A DNA stretch of 64,000 nt from Nannocystales bacterium (GCA_050633305.1 JBOEGF010000013.1:96001-160000); one strand, 5' to 3'. Counted from the stretch's first letter, positions 36,229 to 46,222 are shown. Notes: generated by a model not told the origin, from the letters alone. Made by a program: numbers and translations.

Positions 36229-39200
36229 TTACTCGCAGGGGCTCTCGCTGGTGCCCTCATCGAGGTCCTGTGCCAGCTTGAAGTCCCCGGCGCACGCGTT
36301 TTTGTTGCCCAGCGCGTCGTGGGCCCTTGCCCGAAGCACGAACAACGACGCCCGGAGAAGAGGTGCCTTCGCGATCTCCAATGCGCGGTCCATGGAGACG
36401 AGAGCATCGTCCGGACGCCGTTGATCCAACGCGATCTTGGCGTGCGCGGACAGCATGTTCGCGACCAGGGGGTGCTTCGCACCAAAGAGAACCTCGGCCG
36501 ACTCCACCGCCTGGTCGGCGATGCGGGCGGCTTCATCGAGGTTGCCGTCATGATGCTCGATGAGCGCGAGGTTGTAGCTGATGTACGGGCCGAGCCGCTC
36601 GGCACCGGGTCCGGCCGACTCAGCGATCAGCCGGGCCGCGGCGAGATGCTCTCGGGCTTCGTCGTGCCTCCCCAACTTCACCAAGTTGGACGCGAGCGAA
36701 GTTCGGCAGTTGGCCACATTGATGTGCTCAGACCCAAAGGCGGCTTCGAGATGCGGAAGCGCTCGTTCTTGCGAAGCCACCGACTCCGCGTAGTTTCCCA
36801 GACCCATCTCCGAGACCGCGAGGTTGTTGTAGGCAAGGCCGAGCGTGGTGTGGTCCTCGGACGGCGCAGCCTCACGGATCGCCACGATGCGTCGGTGGTC
36901 GTCTCGCGCCTTCCCAGGCTTGCCAACGGCCACCCATGCCGCGGCACGCGTCGTCAACACCCCGACGATTCGAGGGTCGTCCGGTTCGAGGAACGAGTTT
37001 GCGACCTCGGCCGCCTCCTCGATGATGGCCAGGGCTTCCTCGCCCCGACCCAGAGATTCCAGCGCGCGCGCGACGGGCTGCGCCGCCCAGATCATCCGCG
37101 GGTGCTTGGATCCGAGGCGCTCCCGAACAAGCTCGAGCAACGCCTCCCCTTCCGACACCACGTCCGGGAGGCGGTCTGCGTTCGACAACCGGCCTCGCAT
37201 GGAAACCCGGCCGATGCTGCTGCTGATGAGCTGAGTCGTACTCAATCTCGGGATCGCGAGCGCAGCATCGAAGGCCTGAAGCGACGCGTCGTAGTCGCCT
37301 CCGTAGGCGTCGAAGTTTCCACGCGCGTTCCAGTAGTCCCATCCCGCGGGATGTTGGGGATCGAGGCGCTCGAGGGCGGCCGCGGCGACATCTGCCCAGA
37401 ACGCGCCGTCCTCTCGGCTCCCCCCCTCGCTGTTTCCTACGACGTCGAGCATGGTCGAACCGATGCGGACCTGCCATCCAGGGTCGCCGAGTCGAACAGA
37501 ATCGGACCAGGCGATGCGCAGCGTTGCCTCAGCGGCTTCGGAATCTCCCTGCAACAGCTGCGCCCCGGCGAGGACCGAGCGAACCTCCAAGGCGAGAGGC
37601 TCGAAGCCAAGCGCGTCCGCGGCCTCGAGCACCTCGGCGGCGCGCTCAGCTGCCACGTCGTATTGCCCGGTTGTGAGGTACGCCTCGGCAAGCGCCAGAG
37701 CCTCTCGCTGCGCCGCAACGTCATCGGCAAGGACCTCCGGAGGATCGGCACGAACGTCCATCCACCCTGGGTCGCGGCACCCCTGTGGTTGCGGAAGGTT
37801 GGCGACGGCCTCCTCAGCGTACTCGAGCACTCCGGACTCTGGCTCCGAGAGCGCAACGAGCAGAGCATCGGCCTCGGAGCGACCCAGTTCGAGACAACGC
37901 AACGTGGCATAACGAGCTTCGAGTGCGCGCACACCGGGCTCGCATGTCTCCGCGTGAACTTCGGTCCAAGACGCCGCGTAGGTATCGAGCATCGACACGA
38001 CATTGCGCGCCACTCTCGGCGCGGCGGCGCGGTCCAGCCCCGCGAGCGAAGCCTCCAGCTCGTGGGCGCGGCTGGTCGTCCACAACTCTTCCAACGTGTC
38101 ACCGGTCCCGGAGCACATCGTTGGCGGCTCTGCTTCGACCGCCACCTGCGAGCTCGCCCAAGCGACGCCCGCGCTCCCGAGGACCGCGACCGCGAGAACC
38201 GACGCACGCATCATGGCCCCACGAGGTTTCCCGCGCCTCGCCTCCGCCACCACCCGCAACAGGGCTGCCATGTCGGGGAACCGGGCGCGTGGGTCCACGC
38301 AAAGACCGCGAGTCAACGCAGCCTGAAGAGGCCGTGGCAACGATTCCAGCGCCGAGGGACGGAGCTTTCCCGCGCACACCGAGGTTTGCAGCTCCAACAG
38401 CGAGCGTCCGGCGAATGGGCGCTCACCGGTCAGAGCTTCCGCCAGAGCGACGCAGTAGCTAAACTGATCCGACTGGGCGTCGGCGACACGTCCCTCGAAC
38501 TGTTCGGGCGACATGTACGCGGGCGTGCCGACCAGCGCTCCGGTCCGGGTGATCGCCACATCGCCGCTCCCCGACAGCGTCACGAACTCTTGGTTGGTGA
38601 TCGTCTCGGCGCTCTCGCCTGCGCGGGCGAGGCCGAAGTCTGTCACCCGTGCGCGCTCGTCCTCTCCCATCAGAACGTTCGCCGGTTTGAAGTCGCGGTG
38701 CACCAGGCCAGCCGCATGCGCGGCAACAAGGCCCTTCCCCGCTTCCAGGAAGACATCGAGGATCGCCTCCCGGCTCCGCTCCACCGCGCCAAGCCACTCG
38801 CCGAGCGTTCCGCCCACGACCAGCTCCATCGCCATGAACACGTTGCCTTCAAACTCTCCGACGTCGTGCACGACCACCACGTTGGGGTGTGCCAGGCGGG
38901 CCGTCGCGCGAGCCTCTCGGACCATGCGTGCGTTCCGTTGCTCGTCGCCCGTCCGTTCGCGGAGGAGCTTCAACGCGACGCGGCGATCCAGCTCGGGGTC
39001 GTAGGCGGCGAACACCACCCCCATCGCCCCGGTACCCAGCAGGTCGAGCATCACGTAGCGACCGACCTTCGAACCCCGCAGCAACTCGGGCGGGAGCAGT
39101 CCCAGGCCAGGCTCGGACGTTTCGGTCTCGTCCTGCGAGACCTGCTCCGGTTCGGGCATCGAGGACGCTCGAAGCTCGAAGACCCGCGCGAGCTCGATCA

Positions 39201-39318
39201 ACACCGCACGGCACGCGCTGCAGGTGTCGATGTGCGCCTCGGCCCGGGCCGCCTCCTCCGGCTCGAGGTTCCGCATCACGAAATCAACGATCTCGTTCTC
39301 TGAGAGGCATTCCGACAT
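36229..39318 (-). CDS. Ser/Thr protein kinase with N-terminal zf-HC2, one TM segment and C-terminal TPRs
   Basis: HIDTCSAC; GTGAMGVV, VALK, HRDFKPAN, DFG, GTPAYMSPE; TPRs such as AYNNLA and FGSEHINVA. Confidence 0.93.
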   Translation of the reverse strand: MSECLSENEIVDFVMRNLEPEEAARAEAHIDTCSACRAVLIELARVFELRASSMPEPEQVSQDETETSEPGLGLLPPELLRGSKVGRYVMLDLLGTGAMGVVFAAYDPELDRRVALKLLRERTGDEQRNARMVREARATARLAHPNVVVVHDVGEFEGNVFMAMELVVGGTLGEWLGAVERSREAILDVFLEAGKGLVAAHAAGLVHRDFKPANVLMGEDERARVTDFGLARAGESAETITNQEFVTLSGSGDVAITRTGALVGTPAYMSPEQFEGRVADAQSDQFSYCVALAEALTGERPFAGRSLLELQTSVCAGKLRPSALESLPRPLQAALTRGLCVDPRARFPDMAALLRVVAEARRGKPRGAMMRASVLAVAVLGSAGVAWASSQVAVEAEPPTMCSGTGDTLEELWTTSRAHELEASLAGLDRAAAPRVARNVVSMLDTYAASWTEVHAETCEPGVRALEARYATLRCLELGRSEADALLVALSEPESGVLEYAEEAVANLPQPQGCRDPGWMDVRADPPEVLADDVAAQREALALAEAYLTTGQYDVAAERAAEVLEAADALGFEPLALEVRSVLAGAQLLQGDSEAAEATLRIAWSDSVRLGDPGWQVRIGSTMLDVVGNSEGGSREDGAFWADVAAAALERLDPQHPAGWDYWNARGNFDAYGGDYDASLQAFDAALAIPRLSTTQLISSSIGRVSMRGRLSNADRLPDVVSEGEALLELVRERLGSKHPRMIWAAQPVARALESLGRGEEALAIIEEAAEVANSFLEPDDPRIVGVLTTRAAAWVAVGKPGKARDDHRRIVAIREAAPSEDHTTLGLAYNNLAVSEMGLGNYAESVASQERALPHLEAAFGSEHINVANCRTSLASNLVKLGRHDEAREHLAAARLIAESAGPGAERLGPYISYNLALIEHHDGNLDEAARIADQAVESAEVLFGAKHPLVANMLSAHAKIALDQRRPDDALVSMDRALEIAKAPLLRASLFVLRARAHDALGNKNACAGDFKLAQDLDEGTSESPCE

Positions 39319-39454
39319 CGTGGACGAACCGACCCCCCGGCCTTACCACGCCGGCGGAGCCGGACGGACGCGGGTGAGGGCGCAAAACTTCATTCTGCGC
39401 GCGCGTCGCCGCCCGCGGTACGAGTCCGCGACGAGACGCTGACACGGGATGGCC

Positions 39455-40858
39455 TCAGATACGGCGAAGGATCGCCCCTTCGCGAACACCCGCTCGTGCA
39501 AATCGACCGCCCAAGGAGTGAGTGCTCTCGCTCTCACCGACGGCGAGGAATCCGCCGGGCAACAGCGCTTCGTGCATCTTGGCGAGCGCCCGCGGGTGAA
39601 CCTCGGGGCGAAGGTAGATCATCACGTTTCGAAAGAGCACGAGGTCGCGACCTTCCGGCGGGGGGTCGGCGAGCACGTCGTGCACGGAGAACCGGACGCA
39701 GCCCCGAAGGATCTTGCCCACCGTCCAACGCCCGTCTTCGATCGTGCCGTAGCGCGTCCGAAACTCGGAGGGAATGTTCGCCACCCGGGGCAGCGAGTAC
39801 GATCCCGCCGCGGCGTGTGCGATGGCGTCCGCCCGTACATCGGTCGCCAGCACGCTGAGCCTCGTCGAGGAACCAGCGGCCTCGAACTCACTGTGCAGGA
39901 ACGCGGCCACCGAGTACGCCTCCTCGCCGGTCGAACAGCCCGCGCACCAGACAGTGAGCGATGGTTGGCGACACAGCGCGGGGACAACCCACCGACGCAG
40001 GTCGTCGAAGAGGCCGCCGTTGCGAAAGAAGTCTGTGGTCCCGATGAGCAGACGCGACGCGAGTGCTTTGAGTTCGTCCGTGTCCGACAAGGCCCGGTCG
40101 ACGTATGCCTCGAGCCCATCGAGCCCCAACACCCGAGCTCGCTGCGTAACCCGACGGTAGAACGTCGCGGTTCGGTACGCGTATAGGTCGACCCCCATCG
40201 TGCCTCGGAGCCGCTCGAGCAGGACCCAAAACGCGGGAGCCAAGGGGTCCTCGAGCCGTTCGGGATCCCCCGTGTCGCGGACGTCGGCCGAAAGCCCATC
40301 TCGAATCCATCCACCGATCTCTGCGCACGAGCCAACGCCGCTGGCTCCGACTTCCCCAAGGACGCCCCGCAGCATGTCGTCGATGGACGCCGTGCTGGGG
40401 CTCTGGCAGTAGAGCTCACCACCTGCGTCCAAGATCGCTTGTGCGCCCGACTGCACCGGAGCACCACCGCCCGCGAGGACAACTGCGGTGGCCTTCGGAC
40501 CCCAGGTCTGCGCGGCACTGTGCAGCACCGCGTCAAGACCCGAGGCTCCGACCGCACGCGGCGTGGCACCCACACTTGTCTCCGAGATCACGAGTTGCAT
40601 CGCGGGCGCGGCGAGGTAGACCGCGCCGGCTTCGAGTCGTTCCACCGACTCCACCTCGACCAGCCGACGGGTCGTTCGGAGTTCCAGCGTCTCGCGGAGC
40701 ATCGACGGGCCCTCGCTCGCTTTGATCGCGACGACGAATGCGTGGGGGGATCGCTGACCCACGGACTCCAACACCTGGACGACCGCGTCGTATCCGCCCG
40801 CAGACGCCACGAGCACGAACACGCGCTCGGCCGCAGCCGGGGGGACCGAAACATCCAC
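39455..40858 (-). CDS. Orphan CheB-like/CheR fusion (CheB part degenerate)
   Basis: N-terminal VASAGG..VYLA; C-terminal WCAGCSTGEEAYS, LATDV, FRNVMIY, LLPGGFLAVGESE. Confidence 0.85.
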   Translation of the reverse strand: MDVSVPPAAAERVFVLVASAGGYDAVVQVLESVGQRSPHAFVVAIKASEGPSMLRETLELRTTRRLVEVESVERLEAGAVYLAAPAMQLVISETSVGATPRAVGASGLDAVLHSAAQTWGPKATAVVLAGGGAPVQSGAQAILDAGGELYCQSPSTASIDDMLRGVLGEVGASGVGSCAEIGGWIRDGLSADVRDTGDPERLEDPLAPAFWVLLERLRGTMGVDLYAYRTATFYRRVTQRARVLGLDGLEAYVDRALSDTDELKALASRLLIGTTDFFRNGGLFDDLRRWVVPALCRQPSLTVWCAGCSTGEEAYSVAAFLHSEFEAAGSSTRLSVLATDVRADAIAHAAAGSYSLPRVANIPSEFRTRYGTIEDGRWTVGKILRGCVRFSVHDVLADPPPEGRDLVLFRNVMIYLRPEVHPRALAKMHEALLPGGFLAVGESESTHSLGGRFARAGVREGAILRRI

Positions 40859-40906
40859 CCCAAAAGCCTATGCTTCTCTGCCCTCAACCTCCACCGCGAG
40901 TCGACG

Positions 40907-41779
40907 ATGAACAGGTTAATGGACCGCCGGCTCAGAACCGTGTTCACGCTGCTCGCAACGTGTTTCATGGGCTGTTCGAGCCGTGCGACGGCCCCTGCGG
41001 GTACGGTCGTGGTCCCCACAGGCCCATCCTGGTCCGGTTCGACCCTCGAGACGCGGGCTGGTGCCGTCGAATTCCTGACCGCGGCCTATGGACCCCAGTC
41101 GATGGAGCCTCTGATGCGACTGCGTGCCGAGGCGACCCCGCACTCCGTCCAGACGGCCGCCTTTCGGATCATGGCACACCCTGTCACGCAGGGCGACTAC
41201 CAAGCCTTTGCCACCGCCACCGGGTCTGCTGAACCGTGGATCGATGCCACGCGCTGGGCTGAGCAAGAGACCGGCTTCCCCTACGCAACCGCCGAACGAT
41301 TCATGTGGGTCGAGGGTAAACCGGCTCAGGCGCGGCTTCGCCACCCCGTCGTGTTGGTCGACCGCCAGGATGCGGAGCGGTACTGCAGTTGGTGGGGAGA
41401 CCTTCACGGAGGTTTGGGTCAGCTGCCGAGCGAAGCTCAATGGAATCGTGCCGCCAGCGGAGATGAGGGGACCGCGTTCCCCTGGGGCGACCGTCATGAC
41501 CCCACCCGAGCCAACACCTGGGAGACCGGGGTTGGCGATACCACCCCGGTCGGAGCGGCACCCGAAGACGTGAGCACCTTCGGAGTCCACGACATGGCGG
41601 GAAATGTCTTCGAGTGGACCCGGACACGGACGGAACACGGCGCCTCGATCCTCAAGGGCGGAAGCTGGAGCACGAGCCTCGTTCAAGCCCGAACGGCCGT
41701 CCGGAAGCCCGCGCGTGATGACTTGCGCCACATCACGATCGGTTTTCGGTGCGTCTTTACGCCCCGAAGCGGCGATTGA
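40907..41779 (+). CDS. FGE-sulfatase (SUMF1/EgtB/PvdO) fold lipoprotein
   Basis: HPVV.V..DA..YC.W, LPSEAQW, FPWG, DMAGNVFEW, KGGSW, IGFRC; FGE catalytic Cys pair absent. Confidence 0.88.
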   Translation: MNRLMDRRLRTVFTLLATCFMGCSSRATAPAGTVVVPTGPSWSGSTLETRAGAVEFLTAAYGPQSMEPLMRLRAEATPHSVQTAAFRIMAHPVTQGDYQAFATATGSAEPWIDATRWAEQETGFPYATAERFMWVEGKPAQARLRHPVVLVDRQDAERYCSWWGDLHGGLGQLPSEAQWNRAASGDEGTAFPWGDRHDPTRANTWETGVGDTTPVGAAPEDVSTFGVHDMAGNVFEWTRTRTEHGASILKGGSWSTSLVQARTAVRKPARDDLRHITIGFRCVFTPRSGD

Positions 41780-41849
41780 ACCTAGGAAATGCGACCTCAA
41801 CGGTCGTGGAAGAAAATCTCCGAGCTGGTAGCTTCGTCAGAGTTTGACG

Positions 41850-43403
41850 ATGCGCCCGCTGTACCCCGCCCTCCTCGCGTCGCTGCTTGCCCTCAGCCCG
41901 CTTGCGTGCAAGCGCAGCGGCGGTACGGCCAAGGCGCCCGCCGACAGCACAACGGCGCGCCCCGACGCGCCCGCCATGCCCAAACCGCTGGCGCTCCCGG
42001 CCGAGCCAACGGCTCTCGTCCACGTCGCCGCACCCAAGCAACTCCTGCAAGAAGCCCTCAGCTACGCACCGGGTACGATGAGCGCGCGCGAGGCCGTCGG
42101 ACAGGCACTCAAGAACAGCGGGCTTGGATTCGAATCCCAGGTGTTTCAGCACGTCGGCATGGGCCGTGCCTGGAACATGGCCATCGTCAAGGGGCAGACC
42201 ATCGTCCACGTTCCAGTCATCAAGGGACATGAGGCTCAGCTTTCGGCCATGCTGAGCAAGCTCCCTCCTGCGGGAGAGTTTGGTGCGGTTCAGCTCACGC
42301 GGCCTCAGGGGCAGCAGGGGCCCAAGGTCGCGTTCTTCGACAAGCAGAACAACATGCTGACCCTCGCCGGCGACCTGCGAGGCATCGCGACGGGCCCCGA
42401 GCTGGGGCGCACCTACGGCAAGCAAGGGGTCCGCATTACGGTGACCGCCGAGCAGGCGGCTCGATACGGCGCCGACCTTGGAGCGCGCCGGGCCACGATC
42501 ACGGGCTCGGGAACCGACAACCTGCGCATCGAGCTCGAGGGGGCCCCAGCGCTGCCTTCCAGCCTTCGCATCACGGAGGGAGCCCTGACCGGACTCCTCG
42601 AGAGCGAGCAGATCGCACTGGGTGGCAGCACCAAGTACGTCGACTACAAAAAGGACATCGACGGGATCATGGCCCAGGGTCGCCGCCGGGTGTCCTCGCT
42701 TCCGGGCATGGCTCAAGGCAACGCCAAGGAGCTTCTCGGACGGGCTGGCGGACTCATGCGGACCTGGAACGGCCGCACGATGGTGGGCGTGGGTCCGGCC
42801 AATCACGTGCTCGTCGGCTTCGGAACCAACGACACCACCAAGATGAACAACTCCTCCCTGCACCTGATCCGCGGGGTGCAGTCCAACATCAAGACGATCA
42901 AGTCTCTCAAGAAGTTCGGGGTCAACATCCCCAACGTTCCCTCGGTCAGCTTTGCACCCAACAAGGCCAAGGTCGCGGGGCAGTCGCTGCACGTGGTCGC
43001 CCTCGAGAACGCGCGCAAGTACGTCCCCCCCGAGTTCCACAAGCTGCTGACCTCCAATGACCGCTTGAGGATCTCGATGGTGTTCCCCAAGCGCGCCGGA
43101 GCCGGGATGGTCGTCATCGGTCCCAACTCCGAAGCCGTGCTCACCCGTTGGCTTCAAGACACCCAAGGGGCAACGCCCGGCGGCAAGAGCCAGGGCCATC
43201 TCGCGTCAGCCACCGTTGCGGTCGGAGCCAAGGCGCTCGGACAACTCTCCTCGCCCGAGTTCAACCCAGCAACACTCATGGGCCTCAACGCCAACCGGGC
43301 GCCGACGAAGATCGTGGTCAAACGACAGGACCAGAACTACGTCATCAAGCTCAAGCGGGACAAAGCCGCGGGTGGCGGCAGCCCCAAGGTCTCCGCGCCT
43401 TAG
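41850..43403 (+). CDS. Hypothetical basic lipoprotein
   Basis: Lipobox PLAC; Lys/Gly-rich 517 aa; coding-like codon usage; no family recognised. Confidence 0.75.
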   Translation: MRPLYPALLASLLALSPLACKRSGGTAKAPADSTTARPDAPAMPKPLALPAEPTALVHVAAPKQLLQEALSYAPGTMSAREAVGQALKNSGLGFESQVFQHVGMGRAWNMAIVKGQTIVHVPVIKGHEAQLSAMLSKLPPAGEFGAVQLTRPQGQQGPKVAFFDKQNNMLTLAGDLRGIATGPELGRTYGKQGVRITVTAEQAARYGADLGARRATITGSGTDNLRIELEGAPALPSSLRITEGALTGLLESEQIALGGSTKYVDYKKDIDGIMAQGRRRVSSLPGMAQGNAKELLGRAGGLMRTWNGRTMVGVGPANHVLVGFGTNDTTKMNNSSLHLIRGVQSNIKTIKSLKKFGVNIPNVPSVSFAPNKAKVAGQSLHVVALENARKYVPPEFHKLLTSNDRLRISMVFPKRAGAGMVVIGPNSEAVLTRWLQDTQGATPGGKSQGHLASATVAVGAKALGQLSSPEFNPATLMGLNANRAPTKIVVKRQDQNYVIKLKRDKAAGGGSPKVSAP

Positions 43404-44749
43404 GGCCCCTCAGGGTTCGGGTGCTGAGCGTCCCAAGCCGCGCGGGCTCTTCGTTCCAGCTCGAGTAGGTGGGTGCGCCTGAGGGCATCCTGCTCTCGCT
43501 GCAGCCGCTCGAGTTCACGCGCCTCTTCGTAGTCCCCGTGCGGGCGCACGTTGGGCTCCAGCCACCGATGGAGTTCTTCCAGCCGTCTCCGGGTCCGGGC
43601 TGCGGCTCGGGAATAGCGAGGGTCGTCCGCCACTGCGTCGAGAAAGCGCTCGTAGTGTTCGACGGCCGCATGTAACTCGTTCAGCCCATCGGCATTGACT
43701 GCGGGGTAGATGTGGCGCTCGTAGAGCGTCGCGAGGTTGTAGTCGACCCGAGGATCCACAGGAGCGAGAGAGCGGGCCCTCGCGTAGGCATCCAGGGCCC
43801 CATCGAAGTCCTCGTCCCCGGTTCGTGCGACACCCAGCGAAAGCGCGACCAACACGGATCGGTCTCCGAGTGCTCGAGAGGCCACCTCGAGATGCTGAGC
43901 GGCCTCGTGAAATGCGTGGGTTCTCGCCAGCACGTACGCGGCGTTGATCCGCGGCGCGGCGGCCTGCGGGTCGAGCTTGATCGCGCTTCGGAACTCTCGC
44001 AACGCTCGCGAGATGTGCCCCTCATGGAGCGCGAGCAGGCCCGAGAGGTTCGCCGAATCCGCAGACCGCTCACCCCGCTCCATGTCGAGGCGCCAGGCCT
44101 CGACCAGAGCGAACCTCGCCAGGACCGCGTACGATGACTCCCCCTTGAGCGCGCGCTCGTAGTAGAGGTGCGCGAGTCCGGTGTGTGCGGTCGCGTCGTT
44201 GGGGTTGAGGAAGAGCGCCGCTTGGAACTGCTGCATGGAGGCGTCGAAGGCCGACTGCGCACCGCCGTCACGGTATCTCATCCGGTGGATATGGCCGAGG
44301 TTGACCCGGGCAGTGCGAAGCGACGCGTCGAGTTCGACCGCACGCCGAAGATGCCCCTGGGCCTCCTCCAGCAGACCGGACTCCGACGCGATGACCCCAA
44401 GATTGTTCTGCACGGCAGCCAACAGAGCGCCCTCCCCCGCCACGGTGGAGTACGTCTCCTGTGCTCGCTCGTTCTCGCCGCACCTTTGCCAAGCGAGGCC
44501 GACCCTGAAACGCAGCGTCTCGGCCAGTTGCGGCGCGGGTACATCCAGCTGCTCGGCGAACTCGCGACAGCGCTCCGCAGTCAGCTCTCCACGCACATGA
44601 GCCTCTGCGAACGCGGCGTACCGGTCCTCTATGGTGAGGGTCGCCGATTGCGGTCCTAGCGCCTTGGGGGAGTGGGATGAACTGACGGGGGGCCGAGCCG
44701 AACATCCGAAGGACGAGGCCAACGCCAACACGACCCAGACCCTCCGCAT
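43400..44749 (-). CDS. TPR lipoprotein (GltE/AglT-like)
   Basis: Lipobox SFGC; VQNNLGV, ARVNLG, AIKLDP, VDYNLATLY repeats. Confidence 0.75.
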   Translation of the reverse strand: MRRVWVVLALASSFGCSARPPVSSSHSPKALGPQSATLTIEDRYAAFAEAHVRGELTAERCREFAEQLDVPAPQLAETLRFRVGLAWQRCGENERAQETYSTVAGEGALLAAVQNNLGVIASESGLLEEAQGHLRRAVELDASLRTARVNLGHIHRMRYRDGGAQSAFDASMQQFQAALFLNPNDATAHTGLAHLYYERALKGESSYAVLARFALVEAWRLDMERGERSADSANLSGLLALHEGHISRALREFRSAIKLDPQAAAPRINAAYVLARTHAFHEAAQHLEVASRALGDRSVLVALSLGVARTGDEDFDGALDAYARARSLAPVDPRVDYNLATLYERHIYPAVNADGLNELHAAVEHYERFLDAVADDPRYSRAAARTRRRLEELHRWLEPNVRPHGDYEEARELERLQREQDALRRTHLLELERRARAAWDAQHPNPEGP

Positions 44750-44874
44750 CACCCCACAGTACGTTCAAGAGGTCAAAAGTTCCCAACCGTCCCACCACGG
44801 TCCTGAACGGACCTGTTCCGGGCCGGGGGTATCACTGGCCGGAAGCCCGACGTCGCCTTACAGGACGTACAGCT

Positions 44875-46122
44875 GTGAGCGTCCCGAAGATCACCCCAGA
44901 GTCGACTCCGCGCTCTCACCCCACATCCCCGCACCTTTCCGCGGTGCAAGAGGTCTACGATTTATGCATCGTCGGCCTCGAGCCGCATGGCATCCGGCTC
45001 GCGGCTCGCGGGGCTGGAGCATCGATGAGCGTGGCGTGCAGCGATCCGCGCCCAGAGGCCATCGAGCGATTCAACCGAGCCGACGTCGGGCACGAGACGG
45101 GGTTGGTCGACACCATCGAGGACGCGCTCGCCGAGCAGACCGTACGAGCGTTCATCGGCGCGGCGCGGGCGAGTGCGTTTGTGGTCAGCGTGCTCCCGGA
45201 GCTACAGGCCGACGGATACGTCGACTCAACACCGGTCGAGGACGCCATCGATGCCGTCGTGGACGCCGCCGAACCAGGCAACCTCATCGTGCTCGACACT
45301 CCCACGGCGCCTGGAACAACGCGCGATATCCTGGCAGAGAAGCTCGAAGCGGTAGGGCTCAATCCGGGAGAAGACGTCTTCGTGGCAACGGTCTGGGTCA
45401 CCAACGGCCGGTGCTTTGTCGGTGGAGTGACGCCGCGCTGCACGGAGCGAGCAGCCGAGCTGTACGGCTCGCTCTTCGAGTTCCCGATTCACGCCGCGAC
45501 AGCGGATGAGTGCGAGCTAGCCCGTCTGGCTCGTCGAACCCACGAAGAGATGAACGCCGCGTTCACCAACGAGCTCACGGCGGTGAGCAAACATCTCGGG
45601 ATCGACATCTGGAGCGTGCTCTCGCTGGCTCGCTCGGCTGGCTCTTCGACGCTCTCGGCCCCCTCACCCGGGCCCGCCGATGCCAACGCCCGGTTCGAGC
45701 CGCGCCTGCTTGCCGCGGCATGCGAACACGACACCGCCATCACCCGAGCAACGATCTCGGGCGGCGAACTCCAGCCCGCGCGCATTGCCGCCGAGGTCCG
45801 AAGCGCCGCCCGCCGGTTCGTCGCCCCCACCATCGCGTGCCTGGGCGTGGGCTCGGCGGCCGACGGGTCTGTCACGCACAGCCCGGCGATGCGGGTCGCA
45901 TCCCTCATCTCCCGCGGACAGGTCGGCCAAATGCTCGTCGTCGACCCCCGACTCAACGCGACGCCCATCCCCGGAGCGCGTCTCGTCAGCCTCACGGAGG
46001 CGCTCAAGAGCGCCGATATCGTGGTGGTTCTCAGCGATGAGCCCTCGTTCGTTGCGGCCCCACGCGAGCTCTACTCGCGACCCTCGGTCATCGACACGAT
46101 GGGAATCCTGATCCAGACGTAG
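44875..46122 (+). CDS. Degenerate UDP-glucose/GDP-mannose dehydrogenase family protein (WecC-like)
   Basis: Full three-domain layout (LCIVGL, PGTT, MNAAFTNEL..LGIDIW, PTIACLG, SPAMRV, ADIVVVL, VIDTMG) with the catalytic motifs altered. Confidence 0.75.
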   Translation: MSVPKITPESTPRSHPTSPHLSAVQEVYDLCIVGLEPHGIRLAARGAGASMSVACSDPRPEAIERFNRADVGHETGLVDTIEDALAEQTVRAFIGAARASAFVVSVLPELQADGYVDSTPVEDAIDAVVDAAEPGNLIVLDTPTAPGTTRDILAEKLEAVGLNPGEDVFVATVWVTNGRCFVGGVTPRCTERAAELYGSLFEFPIHAATADECELARLARRTHEEMNAAFTNELTAVSKHLGIDIWSVLSLARSAGSSTLSAPSPGPADANARFEPRLLAAACEHDTAITRATISGGELQPARIAAEVRSAARRFVAPTIACLGVGSAADGSVTHSPAMRVASLISRGQVGQMLVVDPRLNATPIPGARLVSLTEALKSADIVVVLSDEPSFVAAPRELYSRPSVIDTMGILIQT

Positions 46123-46222
46123 CGGTCGTATCGATACGCGAGGTGAGACATCCGCTCCGAACCCAAGGACGTGGAGGTCCAACGTCGAACACCTCGACTT
46201 CGTGATAGCGTTCTGCCGTCCC

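Noticed and set aside
36319..39303. 994-aa plus-strand ORF, and similar long ORFs at 14784-16859, 24382-26163, 49512-51344 and 41757-43199
   Set aside because: Antisense shadows of well-supported genes. High GC3 suppresses stops on the opposite strand, and the translations have no motifs.
40907..41779. True formylglycine-generating enzyme
   Set aside because: It lacks the catalytic Cys pair after GGS, and there is no sulfatase nearby
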